Shown in pieces: positions 18,397-28,100 of a stretch of 64,000 nucleotides of DNA; position 1 is the stretch's first letter; the number at the start of each line of letters is the position of its first letter. Made by a program: the position numbers and the translations under genes. The stretch is taken from contig CAYTLK010000003.1 in NCBI GenBank assembly GCA_964438515.1, positions 20,195 through 84,194 of the forward strand. Reading direction: 5' to 3'. The notes under the pieces are model-generated. The model was given only the letters and a program-made list of their open reading frames with translations. It was not told where the DNA came from and made no database searches. Origin of the DNA: an uncultured Planctomycetaceae bacterium (GTDB lineage: Bacteria; Planctomycetota; Planctomycetia; Pirellulales; Thermoguttaceae).

Positions 18397-19740
18397 TCAT
18401 TCTACCCCTTCGAACCATTCCGGACCGATGTACTTTCCAAGAAGATAGAATTTCTGGTCGTTGTACCAAAGGACGCACTTCCCGCCGACTTGCGTGCAGC
18501 TCGTGTAAAACGAGTTTCCGCTCGGACGGTCGATGAAGAGTTTCGGTTCTGCCGTAAACCAAATCGGCTGATGCGCGTCCGGCTGGAATTTACCCGCAAT
18601 CAGGTACAGAGGTCCGCGATTCTGCCACGGATTTTTGTTATTAAAATCAAATTTATTGTGAATGAGCGCAAAATAGTAACCGCTGCCGGCCTCGCAGCCT
18701 TTCCAGTCGTACAACGGGCAGGGGGACACGGGGTGAAGGAACGGTTTTCCGCCGTCTTTATCGAGAAGCGGTTCCGGCGCCGTCCACGTAACGCCAAAAT
18801 CGGAACTGACCGACCAGCACGGATAGCCCGTCCCGGTGCGCATGAGGGCAAAAAGACGTCCGTCCGGAAGTTTCACGATTCCCGGTTCCTCACAGTGCAC
18901 GCCCGTGTGGAGGCACGCATCGTTCGTCATGTACCATCCCAAATCGATGTTTTTCGGCTCCGGATTTTCATCAATATTTTTAAACTCGATGAATTCAGTT
19001 ACTGTACGATATTTCGCATGATGTTCGGGAGCCGCATAACGCGTGACGCCGACGAGGTAGTTTCCGTCTTTTCCGAGCCGCAGCGGTCTCTGCCACACGA
19101 CCCATTCCGGAGGAATCGAGACGTCCGACGAATCGTTGTTCGTACGCGGAACATTCGGAACCAGCTGCGGTTCGGACCACGTTTCGCCTTTATCGTCCGA
19201 ATAAATGCCGGTCATCAACCCTGTATGCTGACGATTCGTCGAGACTTTTCCGGGAACGTACTGATTGTAAATCACGTAAATTCGCCCCGTTTTGCTCACC
19301 ATGGCGAAACCCCAGCTTGCAATCGGAATGTCGTCGTGCATCGTCGGCGGTCCCGCAAGAACTTTCGGTTTCGACCAGGTTTTCCCCTGATCGTCGCTGC
19401 GGTAAAATGCGACGTGCTGGTCGAGCGCGCCCTCGCAAGTCGCTTGGCAGTCGGTCGCAAACATCGTGCCGTCGATTCCGTCGAACACCTGAAAATGATC
19501 GTTGTAGCAGTCCCCAAGCACGTTTTCTTCAACGGCGGGTCGAAATACGATAAAATCCGGTTTCGAGTAGTACAAATCTTCCGGATGTTCCGCTTTTTGC
19601 ACCTTTCGGGCGTTCAGCGTTCCTTCGATCCGCTTTTGGTACTCCGCTCTCCACGCATCCTGACTGGCGCTCTGCTGCGCAAAAACTGCGATCGGAAGCA
19701 ACAGTAAGATACTGAAAATTCCCAATACGATTCTTTTCAT
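18397..19740 (-). CDS. secreted BNR/Asp-box repeat glycosidase (sialidase-like)
   Basis: The ATG at 19740 gives MKRIVLGIFSILLLLPIAVFAQQ, a signal peptide. Three Asp-box motifs are present: SDDQGKTWSKP, SDDKGETWSEP and SSDFGVTWTAP. Confidence 0.8.
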   Translation of the reverse strand: MKRIVLGIFSILLLLPIAVFAQQSASQDAWRAEYQKRIEGTLNARKVQKAEHPEDLYYSKPDFIVFRPAVEENVLGDCYNDHFQVFDGIDGTMFATDCQATCEGALDQHVAFYRSDDQGKTWSKPKVLAGPPTMHDDIPIASWGFAMVSKTGRIYVIYNQYVPGKVSTNRQHTGLMTGIYSDDKGETWSEPQLVPNVPRTNNDSSDVSIPPEWVVWQRPLRLGKDGNYLVGVTRYAAPEHHAKYRTVTEFIEFKNIDENPEPKNIDLGWYMTNDACLHTGVHCEEPGIVKLPDGRLFALMRTGTGYPCWSVSSDFGVTWTAPEPLLDKDGGKPFLHPVSPCPLYDWKGCEAGSGYYFALIHNKFDFNNKNPWQNRGPLYLIAGKFQPDAHQPIWFTAEPKLFIDRPSGNSFYTSCTQVGGKCVLWYNDQKFYLLGKYIGPEWFEGVE

Positions 19741-19799
19741 AAAGACTCCTTTGTATTTTCGATTATCGTTTGATAAAAAATGAAATAAATTGAATTCGT

Positions 19800-20506
19800 T
19801 TAATGCGTATTTAGACCGTTCATCCGAAACGTCTTCGGAGCGGGGGGTTCCGCGAACGCTTCCCGAACGCGAACTGTTAACGTACGTTTTTCTCCCGTTT
19901 CGAGGCTGAAAAAATTGTCGGAACTGCAAAACGTCGTATTCGGCGCGTCGAGTTCCAACCAAACAATCGGCGCAAACGCGTTTCCCGCATTCGTGACGCG
20001 CAGTGTGCAGGTCGTCAGCAAGTACGACGCATCACGGTCCGTCGTCGTTTCAGGCGTTTCAACCGTCACGATGTACGGTCGTTCCCAATGCGTTTTCGGC
20101 ACACAATCCATCCGCGCTCCGCGCCAAAAACCAAGCGTGAAAAAGGGTTCCGTTCCCGGCCCGCCGAACATTCCTTCGTGACGTCCAAGAGCGTCCCGTT
20201 CACCCACACACGGCTGTAATAATCCAAACCGTCGAATGAAAGAAAAGTGTACGCATTCTTTTTCTCTGTCGGAAGCTGAAACTTTTTTTTGAAGTACCAG
20301 ACTTTTTGTTCGACCCATTCATGTTTTTGGGCGTTCAGACCGACAAACGGGTCCGGAAGCTCCCCATCATAGAACAGCGCCTTCTGAACCGTCATAGGAT
20401 ACTTCTTCGTAAGCCATTTTGAAATTTGTTCGATTTCCTGAATAGACCGTGCCGAAGTGTCTCGCGCCGCAAATTCCCAGTGACGACTTCGGCGGGAAAA
20501 CCTCAT
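19800..20506 (-). pseudogene. decayed GH2 (beta-mannosidase-like) gene remnant
   Basis: The N-terminal GH2 sugar-binding pattern (HWEF...ELPDPFVGLNAQKHEWVEQKVWYFKKKF...LSFDGLDYYSRVWVNGTLL) breaks by a 1-nt frameshift near 20185. It continues in the other listed frame (GRHEGMFGG...) and jumps straight to a C-terminal Ig-like tail (VWLELD...SDNFFSLETGEKRTLTV). About 235 codons remain, against roughly 800+ for intact GH2 enzymes. Confidence 0.6.
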
Positions 20507-20603
20507 TATAAATTCCCGACGGACTTTTTTCAAGGGAGTGTCGGAAAAAATCTCGGAAAAACAAGAAATTTTGAGGGATTGAGCGGAAAACTTTCGGGTC
20601 CTG

Positions 20604-20632
20604 CTTGACTTTTTTCGATTTTGATTTATGAT
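20604..20632 (+). promoter_or_regulatory. sigma70-like promoter of rnpB
   Basis: TTGACT (20604-20609), 17-nt spacer, TATGAT (20627-20632). This places the start about 7 nt downstream, where the P1 helix of RNase P RNA begins. Confidence 0.6.
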
Positions 20633-20638
20633 GATGAA

Positions 20639-21050
20639 CGAGAGACGGATAGTCGCGGAGACAGTCTGATTTTTGAAGACGTCAATGAGGAAAGTCCGGA
20701 CACCGCAGGACACAGTGATGGATAACGTCCACCGGCCGCAAGGTCAGGGAAAGTGCAGCAGAAAAGAAACCGCCTAAGTCGGACCCTTTTTTTATGAGTT
20801 CGGCCGGTAAGGGTGAAATGGCGAGGTAAAAGCTCACCGCGGCGCAAGCGATTGTCGTCGGCACGGCAAACCCCACTGGGTGCAATGCCAAACAGAGAGG
20901 AGTCGGATGGGCCATCGCGTTCGTCCGCCCGTACTCGTCCGGTACGGAGACTTTCGGGTAGGCAGCTTGAGGCTCACAGCAATGTGCGTCCTAGATAAAT
21001 GACTATCGTTCGGGTCCGCCCGATCACAGAATCCGGCTTACACTCTCTCC
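20639..21050 (+). ncRNA. rnpB: RNase P RNA, bacterial type A
   Basis: Universal P4 strands GAGGAAAGTCCGGAC (about 20687) and ACAGAATCCGGCTTAC (about 21026). It also has GGGAAAGTGCAGCAGAAAAGAAACCGCC and GGTAAGGGTGAAA blocks like those of E. coli M1 RNA. The 5' gagaga pairs with the 3' tctctc (P1). A short hairpin agc-ttcg-gct plus a T-rich tail follows. Confidence 0.92.
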
Positions 21051-21138
21051 AGCTTCGGCTGTTTTCTCCTGTTTTTCCCTTATTTTCACTTATTTTTTTC
21101 TTTTTTTGGAAATTTTACGTTTTTTTTCTGTTTTTTTC

Positions 21139-21166
21139 TTGCAAAATCCAAATCTCTGAATATAAT
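21139..21166 (+). promoter_or_regulatory. sigma70-like promoter candidate for the LamG/PEP-CTERM gene
   Basis: TTGCAA (21139-21144), 16-nt spacer, TATAAT (21161-21166). Confidence 0.5.
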
Positions 21167-21208
21167 ATTCTACTATAATGATGTTGAATTATGTTTAAAG
21201 GTGTATAA

Positions 21209-22744
21209 ATGAGAATTTTTAGAAACGTCTTTCTTGCAGCTTTCGTAATCCTTTCGTGCGTCAGTTTGTCGCGTGCGGAGCTTGTGGGATACTGGTCGTT
21301 CGACGACGCCGCTGGAAGCCTCACGTCCGCAGATGCCGTTCATGGAAGCATCGCAGCCGCTTACAAAACTGGAAGCGCCACGACCGACACGTCTGCCGTT
21401 TCGTTCGGAAATGCCGGAGCTTTTGGAACGTCCGCGAAGCTGAACGGCGGATACCTTCAGATGACCGGCAACGAGATTCCAGTCACTTTTTCCTGTCTGT
21501 ATTCGGGAGATTACACTATTAATATGTGGGTGAATCTCGACAGTTTCAAGAGTGGAAGTGCTTGGACCCCCATTTTCGGCGACTGGAACGATCCGTGGTC
21601 GATGATGATGTACACCAATTCATCTGGGACACTCATTTCCTACGTAGATCCGGGATCTAGAAAAACGCTGTCCGGCGGAACCGTCAAAGCGGGCGAATGG
21701 ACGATGCTGACGTTTACTCGCGACTATGCGGCCGGCACGATTTCCCAGTACATCAACGGGACGAAAACCGCCGTAATGACTGCGGACGCGCTGAAATCCA
21801 AACCGTACTTTGCGTACACTGCTTTGCAGTTTGGCGTCAAGGGCGACGACAAAAACAGCGCGAACGGATCGTTCGATGAATCCCGAATTTACAGCAATCT
21901 GCTGAGTCAGTCGCAGCTTCAATCTTTATATGTGTATAACGATACGAATCACGTCAAACTGTACCTCAACAATCTCATCGGAAACAACAGCTTCCAGAAC
22001 GCGCTCGACGCCAACACCACCACAGGTGCCATTGCCAATTCGGCCGGCGGATACGCCGTCGAAAAGGCGCTGAACGGCGGAATGACCGGACGATTCAACC
22101 TCACAAACGATGCGGAGAACGGAGTCTATCTCGATTTAACCACAGCAACCGCCCTCCACGGAGGATTGGGAGGTTGGAGCTATATCAAAAACAACGTCTG
22201 TGGACACGACAATACCGTCCTCACCGCCCCGACAGGCTACACGTTCAACGGCGCGATTGGAATGCACGCAAACGCCATGCTGACGTACGACTTGAACGCT
22301 ATTCGTACAGGATTTCTACTCGATGACGATGCAATGATGCAGTTTTCAACCACGGCCGCCATGGCGACTTGTACGTCTGGAACGGGAGCCGTTTACTCTC
22401 TCATTCTTCTTTCGAGCGAGGAAGACGGGATTCTGAGTGCGTGGCTCCAAGGGGAAGAAATTGGCGTCAGTTATGACGAAGCCACAGATTCCTGGCTGCT
22501 GGACCTTCCGGAAACGATGCCGACCCAGATCTCGAGAAATTCTCCAATTGATATTGATTTTTACATTCCCAGTGAAGCCGATTTTCTTTCGCTCATGATG
22601 TTCACAGGAACGAGTAGCACCAGCGATCATGCGATGTACCTGAACGCCTCCATCATTCCGAGCGTTCCGGAACCTTCCACATGCGTATTGATGCTTCTCG
22701 GCGTCTGCGGCGGAGTGTTCTGTCTGCGTCGAAAACGTCATTAA
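21209..22744 (+). CDS. LamG (concanavalin-A-like lectin) domain protein with PEP-CTERM anchor
   Basis: Signal peptide. LVGYWSFDD...NGGYLQM...YTINMWVNLDSF...GEWTMLTFTRD...FDESRIYSNLLSQSQLQSLY is a Laminin_G_3-type pattern. The C-terminus VPEPSTCVLMLLGVCGGVFCLRRKRH is a PEP-CTERM signal. Confidence 0.75.
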   Translation: MRIFRNVFLAAFVILSCVSLSRAELVGYWSFDDAAGSLTSADAVHGSIAAAYKTGSATTDTSAVSFGNAGAFGTSAKLNGGYLQMTGNEIPVTFSCLYSGDYTINMWVNLDSFKSGSAWTPIFGDWNDPWSMMMYTNSSGTLISYVDPGSRKTLSGGTVKAGEWTMLTFTRDYAAGTISQYINGTKTAVMTADALKSKPYFAYTALQFGVKGDDKNSANGSFDESRIYSNLLSQSQLQSLYVYNDTNHVKLYLNNLIGNNSFQNALDANTTTGAIANSAGGYAVEKALNGGMTGRFNLTNDAENGVYLDLTTATALHGGLGGWSYIKNNVCGHDNTVLTAPTGYTFNGAIGMHANAMLTYDLNAIRTGFLLDDDAMMQFSTTAAMATCTSGTGAVYSLILLSSEEDGILSAWLQGEEIGVSYDEATDSWLLDLPETMPTQISRNSPIDIDFYIPSEADFLSLMMFTGTSSTSDHAMYLNASIIPSVPEPSTCVLMLLGVCGGVFCLRRKRH

Positions 22745-22783
22745 ACTTAAAAGAGACCGAACGTTTACTCGAATCCGAGACGT

Positions 22784-23962
22784 TTACTTTTCCATCAAGG
22801 AATCGTAAATATCTCGGATTTTTTTCATACGTACGCCGAAGCTGTACTGCCGCATAATCGTATAATTTCCGTTCTCGCCGAGCATCCGACGGTATTCCGC
22901 ATCCGCAAGAAGCGTCTCAATCCGGAGTTTCAGCTCCTCATCGTTCTTCATCGCAACGAGAATTCCATCGTAACCGTTCGTAATCAGGCGCGGCACACCC
23001 GCCACGCGAGTCGAAAGGACCGGAACTTCGTACGCCATCGCTTCAAGCACCACGTTCGGAAGCCCCTCACGCAAGCTGTTCAGCACAAAAAGATCGAGAC
23101 CCTGGTAAAACGTCATAATATCGTCACGAAAACCTAAAAGATGAATCCGATCTCCGTGTCCCGACGCATCAATCTGATGCTGAAGCGTCTCACGAATGGG
23201 ACCGTCGCCCGCAATGAAAAGCGAAACATTCCGTCCCTCTTCGAGAAGCTCCGAAACGACACGAATGAGGCCCGCAAAGTTTTTTTCCGGAGACAGACGC
23301 CCGCAAGCGCCGATCACGAATTGATCTTTGGGAAAACCAAGCTTCGTTTTCGCTTCCTCGACCTTCATCGTACGCGTGTACTGCAACGTATCGATGGCGT
23401 TCTCGATGAGCGAGCAGCGTTCCCGACGCACCCCAAGCCGCAAACATTGTTCGTAAAGGTCGTGCGAGACGCAAATTACGTGATCGTAATGCTTCAAACA
23501 CCAGCGGTCAATTCCATAGTAAATCGGCGTCTTCCACGTATTCCGAACCCACCCGTGAACCGTCGTGACGAGTTTCATCGGATGTTTCTTTCGCAGCCGC
23601 AGCCCGAACCAGTTGCTTTTGTAGTCGTGACCGTGCCAGAGACCGATATTTTTTTCCTCACAAATTTCCAGCAGCTTACGTCCCACGGTACGGTCAAAAA
23701 TTCCGCGGTCCTCAACCCCCACCATCGGACAGTTCTGCTTTTCCGCCCGACGCAAAATCACGTCAAACCCCGGATCTTTCGGAGGGTGCATATAGGCGCA
23801 GAGCGTCGGATAGCCGTAACTGTTCATGTAGCGCGGAGTATTAATAATCGTTTTGTCCGGACCGCCGCCCTCCCCCGTAACGACGCGAGTCTCCAACACC
23901 GCAGCTTTCACCTCGGCAGAACGCTTTTCCGAACGAATCGGCACAATCTCATTCATCATCAT
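22784..23962 (-). CDS. glycosyltransferase family 4 (GT-B, GT1-type C-terminal domain)
   Basis: SLREGLPNVVLEAMAYEVPVLSTRVAGVPRLITNGYDGILV (E-x7-E region). The start ATG at 23962-23960 overlaps the upstream stop TGA at 23961-23959 (ATGA overlap). Confidence 0.85.
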   Translation of the reverse strand: MMMNEIVPIRSEKRSAEVKAAVLETRVVTGEGGGPDKTIINTPRYMNSYGYPTLCAYMHPPKDPGFDVILRRAEKQNCPMVGVEDRGIFDRTVGRKLLEICEEKNIGLWHGHDYKSNWFGLRLRKKHPMKLVTTVHGWVRNTWKTPIYYGIDRWCLKHYDHVICVSHDLYEQCLRLGVRRERCSLIENAIDTLQYTRTMKVEEAKTKLGFPKDQFVIGACGRLSPEKNFAGLIRVVSELLEEGRNVSLFIAGDGPIRETLQHQIDASGHGDRIHLLGFRDDIMTFYQGLDLFVLNSLREGLPNVVLEAMAYEVPVLSTRVAGVPRLITNGYDGILVAMKNDEELKLRIETLLADAEYRRMLGENGNYTIMRQYSFGVRMKKIRDIYDSLMEK

Positions 23963-25140
23963 TTTGACAGAAAAGTCTCCAATTGATTCGTCTTTTCTTC
24001 CCACGTTTCCTTTTTCAGCCTCTCTCGAGCAGCAGTCTGCGTCTCTGGAAGCCCCGTTTTCACCCGAAGTTTTACGGTTTCAACGAATTCTTCCGCCGTT
24101 TCCGTCACATCCAGCGCGTCCTTCCACTCCTCAGCCGCCTGCAGATTCGTGACCACCGCTGGTTTTCCGCTCGCCAGATATTCCGTCATTTTCAACGGCT
24201 GAATCTGTTCCGTCGCCTCATTCTTCCGATACGGCATCAAAAGCACATCCGCCATCGACGCGAGCTGCGGAAGCGCCTCGTAAGGAACCGCCCCGGGAAG
24301 AACTATATTTGAAAAACGTTTCATTTTTTCAACCACATCCTGCGCCGCAACAGGTCCCGCTAAAATGAGGGTTCCTTCTGGAATTTCTGTCGCCAGACGC
24401 GTAATCATTTCCGGTTCAAGACGCTCATCAATCAACCCCCAAAACACGAAAACGGGTTTTGAAAGTTCTTTCCGCAGCACTTCCGGCAAAATTGCCGCAA
24501 CAGGTGCATCTTTCGGCAATTTTGCCGCAACACGCCAGAAGTCCAAATCCACTCCATGCGTCAGAAGCATCGAATCTCGACCCATCCGACGAATCCGCGC
24601 CCTCAGCGCCTCGCCGACCGTTACGATTTTATCGACCTTTTGAACCAGTTTCGCCTCCATCTCCGCCAAAGGTTTCGCGTCCATTCCGGGCCAGCGGCTC
24701 CAATCGTCCACGCAATAATACACCCACTGACGCACGTTCGGAAGAATCCCGACGAGGTCTGCCGCGATGGGAAGCGTCGTAATTACCGTAACGTCCTTCT
24801 CGCGATCGAGTCGGCGGGCCAAAGCGTGAAACAACAGTTTCCGATTCAGAACCCGATCGAACGCACTCCGAAACCACGGCCACATCCTGGGATGAAGCAC
24901 CTCCGGTTCACGATTGCAACTTGATTTTTTGCCGTGATTTCTGCGTACCGAGAGCCACACCCGGAGTTTTTCTGCCGCGCGCCGAAACGTCAGAACGTTC
25001 CAACCCGGCGGCCGGGTCCCAATGGTATTCACCCAAATGACGGAATTTGCGTCGTTTGCGAGTAAACAGTGCGCCAGATGCTGCGAGCTGGACGGATGCC
25101 GCCCCCAGTCGTCGCTGAAAAACAAAAAAACGGCCATCAA
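23959..25140 (-). CDS. glycosyltransferase, TuaH-like
   Basis: The N-terminus MMAVFLFFSDDWGRHPSSSQHLAHCLL is the pattern I recognise from TuaH-type glycosyltransferases. The C-terminal half is GT-B-like (LLMPYRKNEATEQIQPLKMTEYLASGKPAV). Confidence 0.65.
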   Translation of the reverse strand: MMAVFLFFSDDWGRHPSSSQHLAHCLLANDANSVIWVNTIGTRPPGWNVLTFRRAAEKLRVWLSVRRNHGKKSSCNREPEVLHPRMWPWFRSAFDRVLNRKLLFHALARRLDREKDVTVITTLPIAADLVGILPNVRQWVYYCVDDWSRWPGMDAKPLAEMEAKLVQKVDKIVTVGEALRARIRRMGRDSMLLTHGVDLDFWRVAAKLPKDAPVAAILPEVLRKELSKPVFVFWGLIDERLEPEMITRLATEIPEGTLILAGPVAAQDVVEKMKRFSNIVLPGAVPYEALPQLASMADVLLMPYRKNEATEQIQPLKMTEYLASGKPAVVTNLQAAEEWKDALDVTETAEEFVETVKLRVKTGLPETQTAARERLKKETWEEKTNQLETFLSK

Positions 25141-25152
25141 AAAAACTTCTTC

Positions 25153-28100
25153 TTACTTTTCACTCTCAACGACATGATGATAGTGTTCCTCCAGAAAACG
25201 TACGAAATCCGCTTTCTTCCAGTCGTTCAAGTCGCGAAAACGAAAACGGAGACAGTCGAAACCGGGGTAGCGGCTGTCGATTTCCGGCTCAAAACCGTAC
25301 ATTCCAATGTGGTCAAACGGATACATATTCTTCGGATTGAAAAGTTCGAAATAAATCGCATCTCCCTTTTTCGTCGTGATTCGCGCCCACGAAGACGAAA
25401 ATCCCGGCGGCGTCACAGGAACCACGACCTTATTCTGCCATCCCCAGACCGCCTCAGGCGCAATGCGTTCAACCGCTTCAACAATCGTCTCGAACAACTC
25501 CAACTTCCACTGACGCTGCACTCCTCCCAGAAAACCGTTCGGCGATTCGTGCCACTTTCGCCCTTGCGTCTTCCATGGTTTCAAATCTTCCGGCGAATCT
25601 TCCGCCAGACGTACGAGTGCTCGAAAACCTTCCTGCGCCTCCTCAAAAAACTTCCACATTTCCGGCGTATTGAATTCTGACCAAAAATGAACCCTCATTT
25701 CCACATCCTGAAAACCGTCCTTATTGTCGGTCACTCGCACACGCGGCGATGTTCCGTACACCGGCAGTTCCGGAAATTCATTGAGCGGACGAAGATTCAG
25801 ACGTTTTACGAGGTCGGCCGTTTTAAAAGTCTCTTTCGCAACCCGAAAACTGAGTTTCAAAAGCCACTCATCGTTCGTGTACATGTGCAGAAATTTGGTG
25901 TTCGAACGCAGAATCGAAACGGCCCGAATCACATTTCGATCGTTCCAATCGACATCCACATCGTCCATCATTTCGAGACGGTCCAGCAGCGCGTCAAAAA
26001 TTCGGACGTCCCAGTGAGCCGGATTTCGAAGCGGAATCGGCGAGGTGGGAGGCAGAATTTCCCCGTGCGCCGGCACCGCCGCGCGGCACCGAGTGCTTCG
26101 AGCCTGCGAATGCCAGCGGATTCCATCCACTTCCCACGGCATCTTCACAGGCGACTGAAACTCTTCGGACGCAGCGTCTTCCAAATCGTTCGATTTTGAG
26201 ATTTCCGTCTTCCGAAACGCATCCACATCAAAGATTTTCCGTTCTTCGTGCGGATCGTTCTTCAAAATAGGCGCCAAAAACTCCCCCGTATAGGAACGAG
26301 GAAGCGGATTTTTTGTTTTCAGCGACTTTTTTGCTCTCAGTGCGTACATTACGACGTCTTCCGGCGTCCCTTCCACCACAAGCTGTCCGCCGTTGGTTCC
26401 CGCTTCCGGTCCCAGTTCGATGAGCCAGTCCGCACTTTTTATCACATCCAAATTGTGTTCAATCACGACGACCGTATTTCCCATGTCGACCAGCCGATGC
26501 AGCACATCCAGGAGTTTCACGAGGTCCGAAAAATGCAGTCCCGTCGTCGGTTCATCAAGAATATAAAGCGTTTTTCCCGTGTCGGGGCGCGACAGTTCCG
26601 ACGCGAGTTTCACCCGCTGCGCCTCTCCGCCCGAAAGCGTCGGCGCCGGCTGTCCGAGCGTAATATAATCGAGTCCCACATCGCAGAGCGTCTGTAAAAT
26701 ACGCCGAATATTCGGAATTCCCCGAAACAGTTCGAGCGCCTCCGCACACGTGAGATTCAGAACGTCCGAGATGGAATAACCTTTATACCGCACCATGAGC
26801 GTTTCCGGTTCGTAGCGCTGTCCTTTGCATTCGTCGCACGTCACCCAAACATCGGGCAAAAAGTGCATTTCTATCTTAATCTGACCGTTTCCCTCGCACT
26901 TTTCGCAGCGTCCTCCCGGAACGTTAAAACTGAAACGCCGAGCCGTAAAACCCCGCATTTTCGAGTCCGGAAGCTGTGCAAAAAGTTCCCGAATGCAGTC
27001 GAAAACACCCGTATAAGTCGCAGGATTGGAACTGGGGGTCGTTCCGATCGGACGCTGATCGACCTCAATCACCTTATTTACATTATGGATTCCGCGAATG
27101 ACCGTATGCAGACCGGGAATCGTTCCGGCACGATGCAGCTGACGGGCGAGCGTGTTGTACAGAATATCCTCCACAAGCGAGCTTTTCCCCGAACCGCTTA
27201 CACCCGAAACCACCGTAAACGTTCCCAGCGGAATTCGAACATTGATGTTTTTCAAATTGTTCTGACGCGCGCCGAGAATTTCGATCCACTGCTGCGCAAC
27301 CGTTCCGGAGGAGGCGGAAAGACGGTCTGACGCATCCGTATATTCTTCGTCGTCCCAATATTCCGAGCCGCCGCTTTCATCGGAAGCAAAATCCGATGCT
27401 GAACCCAAAGTTGAACCCGAAACGAAGTTCGAAGCGGAACCCAAAGTTGAATCCAAAACGGAGTCCGACGTCAGAGCCGGCAGCAAATGACGATTCGAAG
27501 GAATCGGAATCGCACGCGTCCCGGAAAGATAGTTTCCCGTAAGTGAGTTTGGATTGCGTTTGATTTCCGCAGGCGTCCCCTCACCCATAATTTCGCCGCC
27601 CCAGCGTCCTGCATTCGGCCCAAAATCAATCAGTTTGTCCGCATTTTCAAGCACGTCTCGATCGTGTTCGACGACCAAAAGCGTGTTTCCCAAATCCCGC
27701 AGTTTACGCAGAGTCTTTATAAGCCGCATATTATCGCGAGGATGAAGGCCGATCGTAGGTTCGTCGAGGACGTACAGCACGCCGCACAGCCCGCTTCCGA
27801 CCTGCGCCGCAAGCCGAATCCGCTGCATCTCGCCGCCCGAAAGCGTGGGTGCGGGACGGGAAAGCGTCAAGTATTCGAGGCCCACATCGAGAAGAAACTG
27901 GGTCCGATTCTTGATTTCACGCAAAATTTCCCCGGCGATTTTACGTTCCGAAGCCGTAAGTTTCCATCCCGAAAGCTCTTCGAGAAGGCGCGAAAGGGGC
28001 AGTTCACAGATTTCATCAATCGTTTTTCCCCTCAAACGCACGGCGGCCGCATCGTCACGCAAACGGCTTCCGCCGCATTCCGCACAAGGAACATCATCAA

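Noticed and set aside
20507-20713. The N-terminal 69 codons of the tracked 215-aa ORF (20066..20713, minus).
   Set aside because: This part overlaps the rnpB promoter and the 5' part of RNase P RNA on the opposite strand, and it has no GH2 similarity. The GH2-like sequence begins at the internal Met at 20506.
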